This document shows positions 13,901-25,705 of a DNA stretch of 64,000 nucleotides, one piece after another. The number at the start of each line of letters is the position of its first letter. Position 1 is the first letter of the stretch. Position numbers and translations under genes: made by a program. Under the pieces are notes generated by a model. The model did no database searches. It was not told the origin of the DNA and was given only the letters and a program-made list of their open reading frames with translations. Origin of the DNA: Octopus sinensis (Eukaryota); the NCBI RefSeq assembly GCF_006345805.1, contig NC_043003.1:89404001-89468000 (forward strand), in the 5' to 3' direction.

Positions 13901-14728
13901 ATCAGTGGCACAATAAGATAAAAATAATAAGAACTGAATAAAGAAAAAAGGGGGACTTTAGAATTACATGGGTATGGTGTTCTTACTAATTTTTGTACTG
14001 TGTAACTGTTCTTGGGAGTCATGTCTGTTTAAAACACGATAATCGGGTAACGGTTAGGTGATGATATATAGTATAGAAATATAGGTAACTTTCTTTCTAT
14101 AGATCAGTATAATTTTAAATTCCCATATAAGAAGTAAGAAGCAAGTGGTGTTGAAAAAAGAATATCCAAATAAGGAAGTACAGGATTTTAAATACTGGAG
14201 ATTGAAATTTATATTTAAACTATTAATAATCATTTTGGTTTCTTTATAAATTAAAAAAGTGTTTAAAAGTAATCATAAATGGTTAGTGATATACAAACTT
14301 TATAATAGAATGTTTTATGTAAATAACATGTCAGAATTATAGAAGGAGATAAGTAGATATTACAGAAAGTAGTTGAAGCAGTAACATAGTAGATACTAAA
14401 AGCAGTTTATAAAACGATATAAAAAAGAATAAAAATTATAAGAATAATAAATAAAATATGAAGATGAGAGGGTATTTTACTTATAATGTCTGCTGATAAA
14501 ACTATAAATCATCTATGGAATAATATATAGAAAAATTAATATATTAAAGATTTGAGAATAATTTAAGGGAAAGTAAATATTTTCGAATATTGACTAGTGT
14601 AGGAGAGAAAAAGATGGTTTAGTTTATGTCTGCTACGGAGATTGCAAAAATTAAGAATATATATAGATGAATATGCTTACTGAAAAAAAAAAAGTTTTTG
14701 CGTCATACATAGTTATATATATACATAA

Positions 14729-17700
14729 CTAGTTGATGTACCTGGTAATTCCCAGAAAAACCAGGACTTATATCCCTTGGTTCTATTCTCATAATTGTTT
14801 CACTAATCCAATAACAGCAATACAAAGTATTTAGCCCTTAAAACGGTTTTTGTGCATTTACAGAGAATACCAAACTGTCTTACATAGGATCTCTTTTTAT
14901 GAATTCCCAATAAGTTATGAATACCCAAATTGTGAAGTCAGTTATGTAATAACATGAAATTTGTTTGCCAATAGTAAAAATTCAAATAAAGTAGCCCTGA
15001 AAAGGGCTTTAATACGTTCCCATAGTATATAGAATTCAGGAGGAAATACCAATAAAGTATGTATTTTATTTAGTTTCAGCTCATGAGCTATGGCCATACT
15101 GGGGCACCGCCATTTAAAAACGACCAAACAGTCCACTTAGCAGTGCGTGTATACTAAAAATCGTGAAGCATGTTACATAATAACAGGCTAATCGGATATG
15201 AGATGATAACAATTCAAAGTAAATAACTCTGAAAAGGGCTTTTGAGTGTTCCCAGGGAATACAGGGGCACTTGTATTGAAATAGATTTACAATGAATGTA
15301 GAAACAGACTGACATTTTGTTTCATAGTAGACATACAAATAAATTTGCATGTAGACTTAAAAATAAAATAACATGTAGATTATCAATACATTTAAAACAC
15401 TTAGAAATATTACAGTTAAATAATAAATACCTGATGATCTGGTGAATCTTATTAAGTTTGCAGAGATTCTTGATAAACAACATTTTTGGTCTTTCTTTGT
15501 GGGGCATAAAAAAAACAAATGATTAGGATTGCCAACTCTTGAGTATCCCACATAAAGTTGGCCATGGGAGAAAATTGGTTCTGCAAGGTTCAGACCTACC
15601 ACATCAAAGGACTGCTCATTGCAAAGCTCAGTTTCAATGGGTATTGCAGGCACTTGTACTGGAAAGGTACATCTGAGGGAATAAGTGGAATTCTAGGAAT
15701 GAATAGAGGCTTACTGCTTGCTTTACCAGTCAAAATCGCTGTAGCCAAGACTGTTGGCATCATCTTCTTTATTATAAATTGTGTGCCATTGCAAAGCTGT
15801 GGTGGATTGAGGTTTTGAAGCAGCATAACTGGTGCCCCAATCTTGAGGTGCAAGTTGTGAGGTGGGAGGCCAGGTAGTGTTAGACTATTCAAGTACTCAG
15901 CTGGATAATTCACAGCTTCATCAATGTTGAGTACAGCATCAATGGAATTATAGATGTTATGTTCACCTGACAACTGTTCCAGAAGTTTGATGTTGAAATC
16001 TTCAACTGCCTCATTCTTTGGAGCCAAAATGGTATGGGTTTTCAGCAAGTTGTGATCTGTAAACTGATTCCTCAGGTTAGGAAACACCTTATTCATTAGT
16101 TCTTTTAAATCAGATACCATATGTCCAAAAGGCAAGCTTACCTGGCCATCCTTCTTGCCAACCAATGTGCTATTATCGACGTCTAACAGTTGCTTTGAAA
16201 AGGTTCTGTCTGCAACCATCACCACTGAGCTGCACTCTCATGTTGGTTGTGAGTCTCTGCTTTTGCACATTGCTCTATAGGTAGGAGGACTTTATACTGG
16301 CATTTACTTCATCAGCTTTTGTCTCCTTTGGAACTGCAGGAAGGGTTTGTCTAAAATCTTCTGCAAACAAGACTGTAGCACTTCCCATGAGCCTGGTGTT
16401 GTGTTGCAGATCCTTAAGGGCCATGTCAAGAGCTTCAAAGGAAACCTCATGGCTCATTGTTGCTTCATTCCAGTTGCAGTTTGCCTTCTCTTTCTTGGAC
16501 AGGTCCAAAGGAAGTTTGAAACAGGAATGTGCTGTGTGGCCACCACTTTGCAGTGTTGTAGTTATTCCACTTGACACCACTGCTATGGCAATGTGTTTCA
16601 TTTGGTGCAGTGTAGCCAGAAGAAGGTTGATGAAAAATGTTTCGCCAGTTCCACCTGGAGCATCCAGAAAGAAAAGACCTCTTCTTTCACTTTCAATGCT
16701 CAAAATAATGGTGTTAAAAATACCCAGTTGGTACTCCATCAGTTTGTGTTCTTTATCAGCTACATACGCCTATCATTTCCACGATGTCATAGCTGATTTC
16801 TCGCAGGTACTCAATTGCGAGATTGTTCGCTGTCTGCTCCGGTTGAGGCAGACCAAATGTGGAAATACCTTGACCTCCCATAGCTTGCACTCAGGTGTCC
16901 AGATTGAGTAATGCCTCATTGTAAATGGTGTTATTGAATGTGGTAATTTCCACTGAGGTTTGCCTTTGAAGCCTTTGTAGGATATCCTCTGTCATGCTGG
17001 TTTTGTGGGTCGCCCAAAGCATGAGAGGTTCATGCAAGCCACATGTCATCATCATGATAGACAATAGCGGGCACAGTTGACTTGGTGCTCTGCTTACTGC
17101 TGTCTCCTGTTGTGTCTGGGTAGTATTATCCTCCAGTAGTCCATGTTTGGTGCAGGCTTCTCTGTAGGTTGTGCAGACTTCCCCATTCTGTCTTCGAAGG
17201 TCTTGGAATGATGTAGAACCTCTGACAGTGTGTAGCAGCAGATGCAGAAGGAAGCACTCTGGCTGATTAGGGTGCACAGTGTACACCTGCCCAATAGCCC
17301 CACGTCTGAAGACAGCATCTTCTTCCCAACCTTCAACGCATGCTCCTTTCTTGCGTCTGTTCCATCTATTGTGTGCCAAGGTGTAGTACATCTCTGCATA
17401 TAACAGTGTTCGGGCAGATCACATTGGCATAATTTGAAGAAAGCTGTCAAAGTGGTTCCTGGTAGATTCATAACTATGTTTCAAGCATTGTCTTCTGTGA
17501 AATATACACACTGTCCATTTTCAAGATGTACAGTTAGATGTTAAGAAGGTGTTCCTACATGTAAACAGAGTGTAACCTTTGTGATGACAAGCAGAACAGT
17601 TCTTCATGCAGCGCTTATCAATTGGCTAAAGTGACATGGAAAGCATTGTCATTCATGGTATATTTGTGAATAAGTCACTAACTGAAATAAGTGGGTCTAT

Positions 17701-18216
17701 TGTTTAGGAAAATAGTATTTACTTGTTTAAGGGTTGTACTGGATAAATTGTGAAAATAACTCCCTTTTGAGAAACACTGATTTAACCTTGGTTTTGTTAA
17801 ACGAAGTTAAAGCAAAAAAATACTTCTTAAGAAACCAAACAGTCTTTCCTTCCTTCATGCCAAGTTTGAAGAAAATATCTCTTTTGCATCTTACTTTTTT
17901 GGTCTCTTAAATATACTGCATTTTGTGGCATTATTTCAAGCCAGTTGGCTTTCTTTGCACAAACTGTATGTGCATTTTTCTCACGTATGTGTAGTATCGA
18001 TCACAACAGCTGATATACTTGCGCATACAAATGCACATTCCCATGGCTTTATCGATCGCATTCTCATCTGGAATTGATTTTTGTAATTTTTTCAAGACTT
18101 ATACACGCCCTGATACCGTCAGTATCTACATATCAAATTTGAGCGCAGTCGGATGGAGGATGCCCGAGATCCTAAAAGACACACACAGACAAATAGAATG
18201 GATTTTATATAATAGA
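14729..18216 (-). mobile_element. Internally deleted Helitron retaining the Pif1-like helicase region
   Basis: LFFLDAPGGTG(E)T (Walker A), GHTAHSCFKLPL, DFRQTLP and FSHGQLYVGYSRV. The 3' end is a hairpin plus CTAG|T at 14729-14732; the 5' TC is at 18216. Confidence 0.9.
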
Positions 18217-18778
18217 CGAGCAAAACGCCCTCCGCCCAATGGACGGTGCTGAGTTGTCAAACATTTAAACCAAATTTTCTTCAAAACAACTTGTCCAACT
18301 GTCCCATAGGCCTCCCCTTTGAGAAACACTGATTTAACCTAAATTTGAGACACCAGCAAAAGAAGAAATAAAGATAGACTTTTTTCTATTCCAAAGGAAA
18401 ACAATTTTATTCACACAAATATGCAACCGAAGGGTTTAAAGTACCAGTAAAGCTGTTGACTGGGAGAATACAAACATGGTTGAAATAGTAAGCTTGGCAG
18501 GAAAGAAACGTGCCTTTAAGCAGTACAAAATCAACAAAAAATGGAAGGTGCAGTTATGTACAGGTTGACGGAAGAAAAGCAGGACAAAAACAGCTTTATC
18601 GATCATATTCTCACCTAGAATCGATTTTTGTAATTTTTTCAAGACTCATACATGCCCTGATACTGTCGGCATCTACATATCAAATTTGAGCGCAATTGGA
18701 TGGAGGATGCCCGAGATCCTAGAAGACACACGCAGGCAGGCAGATTCTGAAAATGAATTGTCTTTCTGTATGAAACGA
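18217..18778 (-). mobile_element. Short non-autonomous Helitron unit in head-to-tail tandem with the unit above
   Basis: Shares segments with unit 1 (18313-18340 with 17761-17788; 18608-18735 with 18061-18190). 5' A|TC at 18778. Degenerate 3' CTCG with hairpin ccgccc-aat-ggacgg. Confidence 0.65.
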
Positions 18779-19037
18779 TCGTATAACAAAAAAAAAATAA
18801 TAATAATTCTATATTAACATCTAATCTCCTCCATTTATGAAAAATATGTTTGAAATTGTCGAATTTTGTTCTATAACATAAATTATATATAATTAATATT
18901 CTTATATAACTTTTCATATCTACACCAGTTTTCATCAGTAAATTCAATGTAAAGTATAAAGAATCAACGTTAGAAATCTTTTGGAAACTACTCCAATTAA
19001 AGGACGAACCACATTCAACCCTTTTTAAATATATATA

Positions 19038-19209
19038 GGTGCAGGAGTGGCTGTGTGGTAAGTAGCTTGCTAACCAACCACATGGTTTCGGGTTCAGTCC
19101 CACTGCGTGGCATCTTGGGCAAGTGTCTTCTGCTATAGCCCCGGGCCGACCAATGCCTTGTGAGTGAATTTGGTAGACGGAAACTGAAAGAAGCCTGTCG
19201 TATATATGT

Positions 19210-19274
<65 letters not shown>

Positions 19275-19476
19275 TTGTGTGTCTGTGTTTGTCCCTCTAG
19301 CATTGCTTGACAATCGATGCTGGTGTGTTTACGTCCCCGTCACTTAGTGGTTCGGCAAAAGAGACCGATAGAATATGTACTGGGCTTACAAAGAATAAGT
19401 CCCAGGATCGATTTGCTCGACTAAAGGCGGTGCTCCAGCATGGCCGCAGTCAAATGACTGAAACAAGTAAAAGAGA
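19038..19476 (+). mobile_element. tRNA-derived CORE-type SINE with internal (TA)n
   Basis: A-box-like TGGCTGTGTGG, B-box-like GGTTCAGTCCC and the CORE-like segment cttgggcaagtg. Confidence 0.75.
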
Positions 19477-19477
19477 G

Positions 19478-19533
<56 letters not shown>

Positions 19534-19566
19534 CTACGTATATATATATATATATATATATATATG

Positions 19567-20487
19567 TGACCAAGTTAGTAGCGGAGGTGGATGCACAGAG
19601 TATCACCACTAGAATACGAATAGCCTGGGCAAAGTTCAGAAAGCTCCTACCCCTACTGGCAACAAAAGGTCTCTCCCTCAGAGCAAAAGGTAGATTGTAT
19701 GATGCATGTGTGCGAACTGCCATGCTTCACGGTAATGAAACATGGGCTGTGACTGCAGAAGACATGCGTAGACTTGAAAGAAATGAAGCTAGCATGATCC
19801 GCTGGATGTGTAGTGTCAGTGTGCACGCAAAACAGAGTGTAAGTATCCTGAGAGAAATGCTGGATATAAGAAGCATCAGATGTGGTGTGCAAGAGCGACG
19901 CTTGCGATGGTATGGTCAGGTGCTGCGGATGGATGAAGAGAGATGTGTGAAGAAGTGCCACTCCCAAACAGTTGAAGGTATCAGGGGGAGAGGTAGACCC
20001 AGGAAGACATGGGATGAGGTGGTCAAGCATGACCTCAGAGCATTGGGCCTCACTGAGGCAATGGCGAAGGACCGAGATCTCTGGAGATATGCTGTGACTA
20101 CAAAGACCCGGGCTGCTTTCTGCAGCAATTCCACATACCCCCTACCCATTCTAAGTACCCCGGATCCCCAAAGTACCCTGGATCCCCAAAGTACCCCGAT
20201 CCCCAAAGTACCCCGGACCTCGTTGCCCCCGTGCCGCTAACACGTTAAAATGCTCGAACCGATCGTGACGATGCCGGACCCTCCGGCCCCTGTGCAGGTG
20301 GCACGTAAAAAGCACCCAATCCACTCACGGAGTGGTTGGCGTTAGGAAGGGCATCCAGCCGTAGAAACTCTGCCAGATTCAGACTGGAGCCTGGAGCGGC
20401 CCCTGGCTTCCCAGACCCGGTCGAACCGTCCAACCCGTGCTAGCGCGGAAAGCGGACGTTAAACGATGATGATGATGATGATGATGA
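19567..20487 (+). mobile_element. Young, strongly 5'-truncated RTE LINE (3' end of ORF, 3'UTR and (GAT)n tail)
   Basis: 224-aa ORF (RLYDACVRTAMLHGNETW...GRGRPRKTW), CpG-rich 3'UTR and tail at 20463-20487. The TSD-like motif TATCTACGTA is present on both sides. Confidence 0.92.
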
Positions 20488-21459
20488 TATATATATATAT
20501 ATCTACGTATATATATATGCTAACTTTTATATATATGTGTGTGTGTGGTCAGTATGTTCCTTTCAGTTTCCAAATCCACTCTCAAGGATTTGCTCAGGCT
20601 AGGGCTATTATAGAAAACACTTGTCCAATGTGTCACAGAGTGGGAGCAAACTTCTTAAACACACAACCTTAATTTATAGATACAGATTTAATCCTATGAT
20701 GTAAACTAACCATTTTTCAGTTTTGTATTTAATTTTTTTAATTTTTATCTTCTATCTGTATTAAGTTTTCTTCTCTGTTTCACTATAAACATTACATCAT
20801 TAACAGAATAATGATGGCCATACCACAAATTGTTTACAACTGGTTGAGAAAGTTTATTTCAACCACTTCATATATAACAAAGATTCCAGTGAATCAAAAT
20901 GATGGTACTTCTGCTGTTGAGCATATATTCTCTTTCTCAATTTTTTTTTTTCCATTTGCAGTAATTATTAAACATTTCACTATATATTATTGCCTAATAC
21001 CATATGACATATTTTACATATATTCTGCCATGTCAGAAGGAATTAATTTTTCTTATTTTACATTTATTTCCTCCATGCCAGTATACTGACAATAATTTTA
21101 AGTATTTTCCAAGCATTTTTCATTGTAACTCTAAAATATTCTTTACTTTGATATACTTTCATTTGAAGTTAGGTTTTTCAATGAGGCATCAAACAGTATT
21201 TTTGGCAACTTATGTTAAGAGCTCCTGTACTCATGGTTCTGTAGATTTTAATATTATCTTGTGAATCTCTTGGAATGTTTTTTTTTAGTTTTTTGTTTTT
21301 GTTGCATGCCAATATTAAAACCAAGTCTTCAACAAAGGCTTGAACAGACTAATATCTCTGGTATAGTTGTTTTCTCTACTGATGTACTTGGTTTCTCTAA
21401 ATTTTCAGTTTGACAAAACATTTTTGTCATTGGTGATTGTGGTTTTTGTTGCTTTACAG

Positions 21460-21601
21460 ATTCCTTCGCTATGGAAATCGTATGAAAATAGCTGGTGAGT
21501 TGAGATTTGGTGATATTGTTGAGCGTCACATGATAGATGGAGACATTGTGCTTTTCAACCGACAACCTTCACTTCATAAACTGAGTATCCAAGCTTTTTT
21601 T
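21460..21601 (+). CDS. POLR3A: POLR3A exon B: (K)[47 protein letters not shown]
   Basis: Acceptor tttacag|A, donor TTT|gtgagt. Contains the conserved NRQPSLH motif. Confidence 0.96.
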
Positions 21602-21984
21602 GTGAGTAACACAGTTTTCTTGTCATTCAGTATTGCCAAAATAGTTTTAATCTACTTAAAAGTTATTGTATTATCTAAATACAAAGGGCTTTGTAGTTGG
21701 GGGTCAACCTTTCTCATTTCATGGAGAAAAAGTTCTTAGACTATGTTGAATTTCATTTATTGATTTTGGTTGAAGTAGCTGCCTTCTGTGTTGGAGAATA
21801 TAATGCATGCATCCATCTAGCCATCCATCCATACATACAAACAAACAAATGTTACCTGTTTTATAATGGGTAATTTTGGAAGTTTACTTATGTCATCATG
21901 AGTAATTTGATAAAACTTAAATTATAATTATTTTATGCATGTTATTTTACTTGATATTACTCACAGTGGCAAAAGTGTATTCTT

Positions 21985-22197
21985 TTTTTCTACTCTAGAA
22001 ACAAGGCCCAAAAGTTTTTTGGGGGTGGTGAGTCGATTAGATCAATCCCAGTACGCAACTGGTACTTAATTTATCAACCTCGAAAGGATGAAAGGCAAAG
22101 TCGACCTCAGCGGAATTTGAACTCAGAACATAAAGACAGATGAAATACCGCTAAGCATTTCGCCCAATGTGCTAACGTTTCTGCCAGCTCACTGCCC
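21985..22197 (-). mobile_element. CORE-type SINE fragment
   Basis: ggtacttaatttatcaacctcgaaaggatgaaaggcaaagtcgacctcagcggaatttgaactc, the reverse strand of a tRNA/CORE SINE. Confidence 0.7.
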
Positions 22198-23130
22198 TTC
22201 AAAAGTGTATTATTGTAGCAATCATAGTGATATTTTCATATTTTTCAAAAAATTGCTATAAATTCTCAAATTAGCAAATGCCCTAGTGATCAATGAAAAA
22301 AAGCTTACTCTGCTAGCAAATGTCTTACTTAGAAAGCATGTAAGGAAAATTTTCATTGCAATGAATATTAACTATTGCAGAACCTTTTTTCAGCTACAGC
22401 CAACTACATACGGCTATATAAACCTACTGCTTCTTTACCTCATCCTATCAACTGGTTGTCAAGCTTATCCTTCTGTTTAAGCTCTTATGTCATTATGTAT
22501 GTGTGTGTCATCAACAGAAGATTGTATGTGAGAGTGTGTGTGTAAGCATATGTCATGTATTTACCGTGCAACAACTGCATAGCTTTTTTACCATTCTTCT
22601 GTCACTGGTTGTCAATTTCAGTATTTCTCTACTGACATGAACTGCTTCTTTTAACTCTCTTTGTATCTCTCTTTTACTCTCTCACCATCTTTCTATATGA
22701 TGTAAAGTGTGAGTGGAGAAATCAACCATCAACAAATCAATCAGCCAACATTTACACTGGTTATTCTTATTGTTGTTGTGTGTGTGGATGGTTGTACAGA
22801 AAGATCTAACATAATATTGAGTTATCCCATAAATAATGTGGTTTTTCCAATTGCATGAACTAAAAGTCAGAGGGAGATGGGATAAACTATCAACATCAAC
22901 TTGCTCTAAAAACAGGTAGTAATTTTACCTTGTACTTATTCTTAGTGTAAGTTTTGAAGAGTGCAGTTTGATTTTAACAGTTATCTTTTCAAAGCTATAA
23001 TGGAAGTGACAAAGGAGCATATTCAGCATATTTTGCTTTATGAGTTCAATAAAGGCAACTACGCAACAGAAAGTGTAAGGAATATTAATGCAGTACATGG
23101 GGATTGGACAATAAGTGTAAGCCAGTGTCA

Positions 23131-23990
23131 ATAGTGGTTCCAGAAATTCTAAACCGGAAACTACTGCCTAGAAGTTGAGCCTCATCCTGGAAGATCTGTA
23201 GAGCTTGATGAGGATGTCCTGCAAACTCTGGTGGAAATCATAACTGTTGATGAACTAGTAGAGAAGCTTGGATTTGGTTATTCATCCATTCATCAACACC
23301 TGAGTGCCATTGAAAAGTCAGCAAATTAGGTCAATGGGTTCCTCACAAACTTTCTGAGTCTAATTGCACACAGAGAGTAAATGTGTGCTCTTCTTTGCTG
23401 TCACATCTCACGAATGAACCATTTTTTGGACTGAATAGTGACTGGTGATGAGAAATGGGTTCTTTATAAAAATGTCAAGCACTGGAGACAGTGAGTAGGG
23501 AAAGGAGAAACACCAACACCCCAGGCTAAAGAAGGTCTTCACCCACATAAGGTGTTCTTATCTGTTTGGTGGGATATGAAAGGTTTAGTCCACTTTGAAC
23601 TTTTAAACCCAAACCAAACAATAACAAAGGAGATCTATTGTGAGTAGCTTGAGCAGCTTAAGTCAGCACTAGAAGGAAAACGACCATCTTTGGTTTCAAG
23701 ATGAAAGATGTTCTTCTATCAGGATAATGCTCGGCCACATACAGTGAGGATGACATTCCAAAGGCTGGAGCAGCTTGAATGGGAAACGATGCCCCAACCA
23801 CCATATTCGCTGGACATTGCAGTCTTCAAAATCATATGGACGGAAAAAATATGAATTATGTAGATGAGGTTATAACAGTACTGGAGGAGTGTTTTTCATC
23901 ACAGACAAGTGAATTTTGGAAGAGGGGCTTTGCAAGACCTCTGGATAGATGGAAGAGCATTATAGAAAAATGGAGAGTATATTTTAGATT
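23131..23990 (+). mobile_element. Decayed mariner transposase fragment
   Basis: WFQKF..., IVTGDEKWVLY, VWWDMKGLVHFELL, YQDNARPHT and PPYSLDIA across frameshifts. Confidence 0.85.
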
Positions 23991-24579
23991 AAAAAAGAAC
24001 TTTGTCTTAATTTTGAAAATATATAAGAAGCCTAAAAAGGACACATTATTTATGGAATGATCCAATATAATCTTAAACTGTTTATGCAGTTAATTATCCA
24101 CTTTTTCTGGCTAATATTTCGGCCAAGTTATTAGAATGCCAGACTATCAACTGAAGGTGCTCTCTACTTCACAGTGTATCACATGACATTGTGCTGCATT
24201 GTATCCTTAGTAAAGAAACTCAACTTTCAGTGGGTACTCTAAATAACTAATTAAATACCAAATGGAAGTACAGTTTACTGAGCAGCATTAAAACTCTGTG
24301 ATTGACAAGTTTCATTTTTTTGTTTAAAACAATCTACATCCATTACCAAGAGTTACCTTTTTACCAATGGTAATAGTGTTATGCCTGCTAATGATGGTAG
24401 AATTTTGATGTTTGAAAAGAAAAAAACTCAATAATAGTTTTTAAAAATATTTTACAATTCAAGTAAAAATGTCTTTTGAAAATTCTTAACACTATATTAA
24501 TTTCAATTTCAAATTTTTTTAAATAGATTTTAATTAATTATTTTTTTTTATGATGACCTCTGTTGTTCTCTTCTTGCAG

Positions 24580-24720
24580 GCCAAAGTCATGCCTCACCGA
24601 ACATTCCGTTTTAATGAGTGTTGCTGTGGACCTTTCAATGCAGATTTTGATGGTGATGAAATGAACTTACATCTACCACAGACAGAAGAAGCTAAGGCAG
24701 AAGCTTTAGTATTAATGGGG
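24580..24720 (+). CDS. POLR3A: POLR3A exon C with catalytic loop: [47 protein letters not shown]
   Basis: Acceptor ttcttgcag|GCC, donor GGG|gtaaga. NADFDGD is the Mg-binding motif. Confidence 0.97.
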
Positions 24721-25493
24721 GTAAGATTCAGTATTGACTTATTCATTCTGGTATTAATGAGATTTGGATTGTGTTGGCCTTTGGATGTTGTTGTAGAGTA
24801 TTTCTGACCTGTTCAAATAAACCTATGAAGGTCGCCAGTAAAATTGTTGGTTAAAAGCATAGTATCTCTGCAGCTTCTTGGAGTTTGAAGTTTTCTTGCA
24901 TGTAGTTCCCAATTTAGTGAACAGAGATATTTGAAACCTACCTAGACGTTCCTTTGCTATCTCATGCAATGGATGGTTGATGGTAATAGGTGTGAAGGAC
25001 TGTCTCTGTATATTTGAAAGCTTTAGATTGCTGAATCAGTAGGGTGTTACTGACTAACCATTGTAAGATCGGTAGTACTACATTATTAACATTGTAAATG
25101 ATAGAACTATAAAAGTTGACAGGTATTTCATTACCTTACAGGGCTAAGTTTTTTTTGTCTTTGTGTGAAATTGAGCCACTTTAATAATTAGATAAGTATA
25201 TAATAACATGATCCAACTTTGAGTCTCTGCATTAGTTTGAGTCTTGACAGAGGTGCTAACACAATCCTAAATTCTATTCTATGTCCAAAGTCAACTTGAA
25301 AATTTAAGTATGTATGAAAAAACAACTGTAAAAAAAGTAAGGGTGGTTAAGATGAAGTTAATTACTAATGTTACATAAGTTATATAAAAAGTATTGTTTG
25401 ATAATTAATAACTGTTCTATAAGTAGATAAACAAAAAAATACAAACCCACAATGTATAACAATAATTTTATGGTGGAGCCCATTCTGTTGCAG

Positions 25494-25563
25494 TCAAAAT
25501 CCAACATTATCACACCAAGAAATGGAGAACCACTTATTGCTGCCATCCAAGATTTCATCACAG
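25494..25563 (+). CDS. POLR3A: POLR3A exon D: [23 protein letters not shown](G)
   Basis: Acceptor ctgttgcag|TCA. The only frame-compatible donor is ACAG|gcaagt (GC). The exon is absent from the ORF track but matches [15 protein letters not shown]. Confidence 0.93.
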
Positions 25564-25586
25564 GCAAGTTCCTTCTTATAATAAAC

Positions 25587-25669
25587 TAGCATTATGACCC
25601 GGCAACGACGGGTCATAGTGCTAGTGCATGTATATATGTGTATATATATGTGTGCATATTACATGTACA

Positions 25670-25705
<36 letters not shown>

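Noticed and set aside
13870-13905. Minus-strand CUGAUGAG...CGAAA at the LINE 5' end
   Set aside because: The intervening sequence does not form stem II, and there is no stem I/III support.
13950-14700. AT-rich, purine-skewed block (and similar 37125-37950) that may be very old coding TE sequence
   Set aside because: No recognisable motif in any frame, so it cannot be assigned.
17581-17686. C/D-box snoRNA candidate (GTGATGA...CTGA)
   Set aside because: It lies within Helitron sequence, has no terminal stem and no recognisable guide.
18639-19313. 224-aa minus-strand ORF and other long ORFs with IYIYIY runs
   Set aside because: Read-through of SINE and (TA)n sequence, with no protein-like signal.
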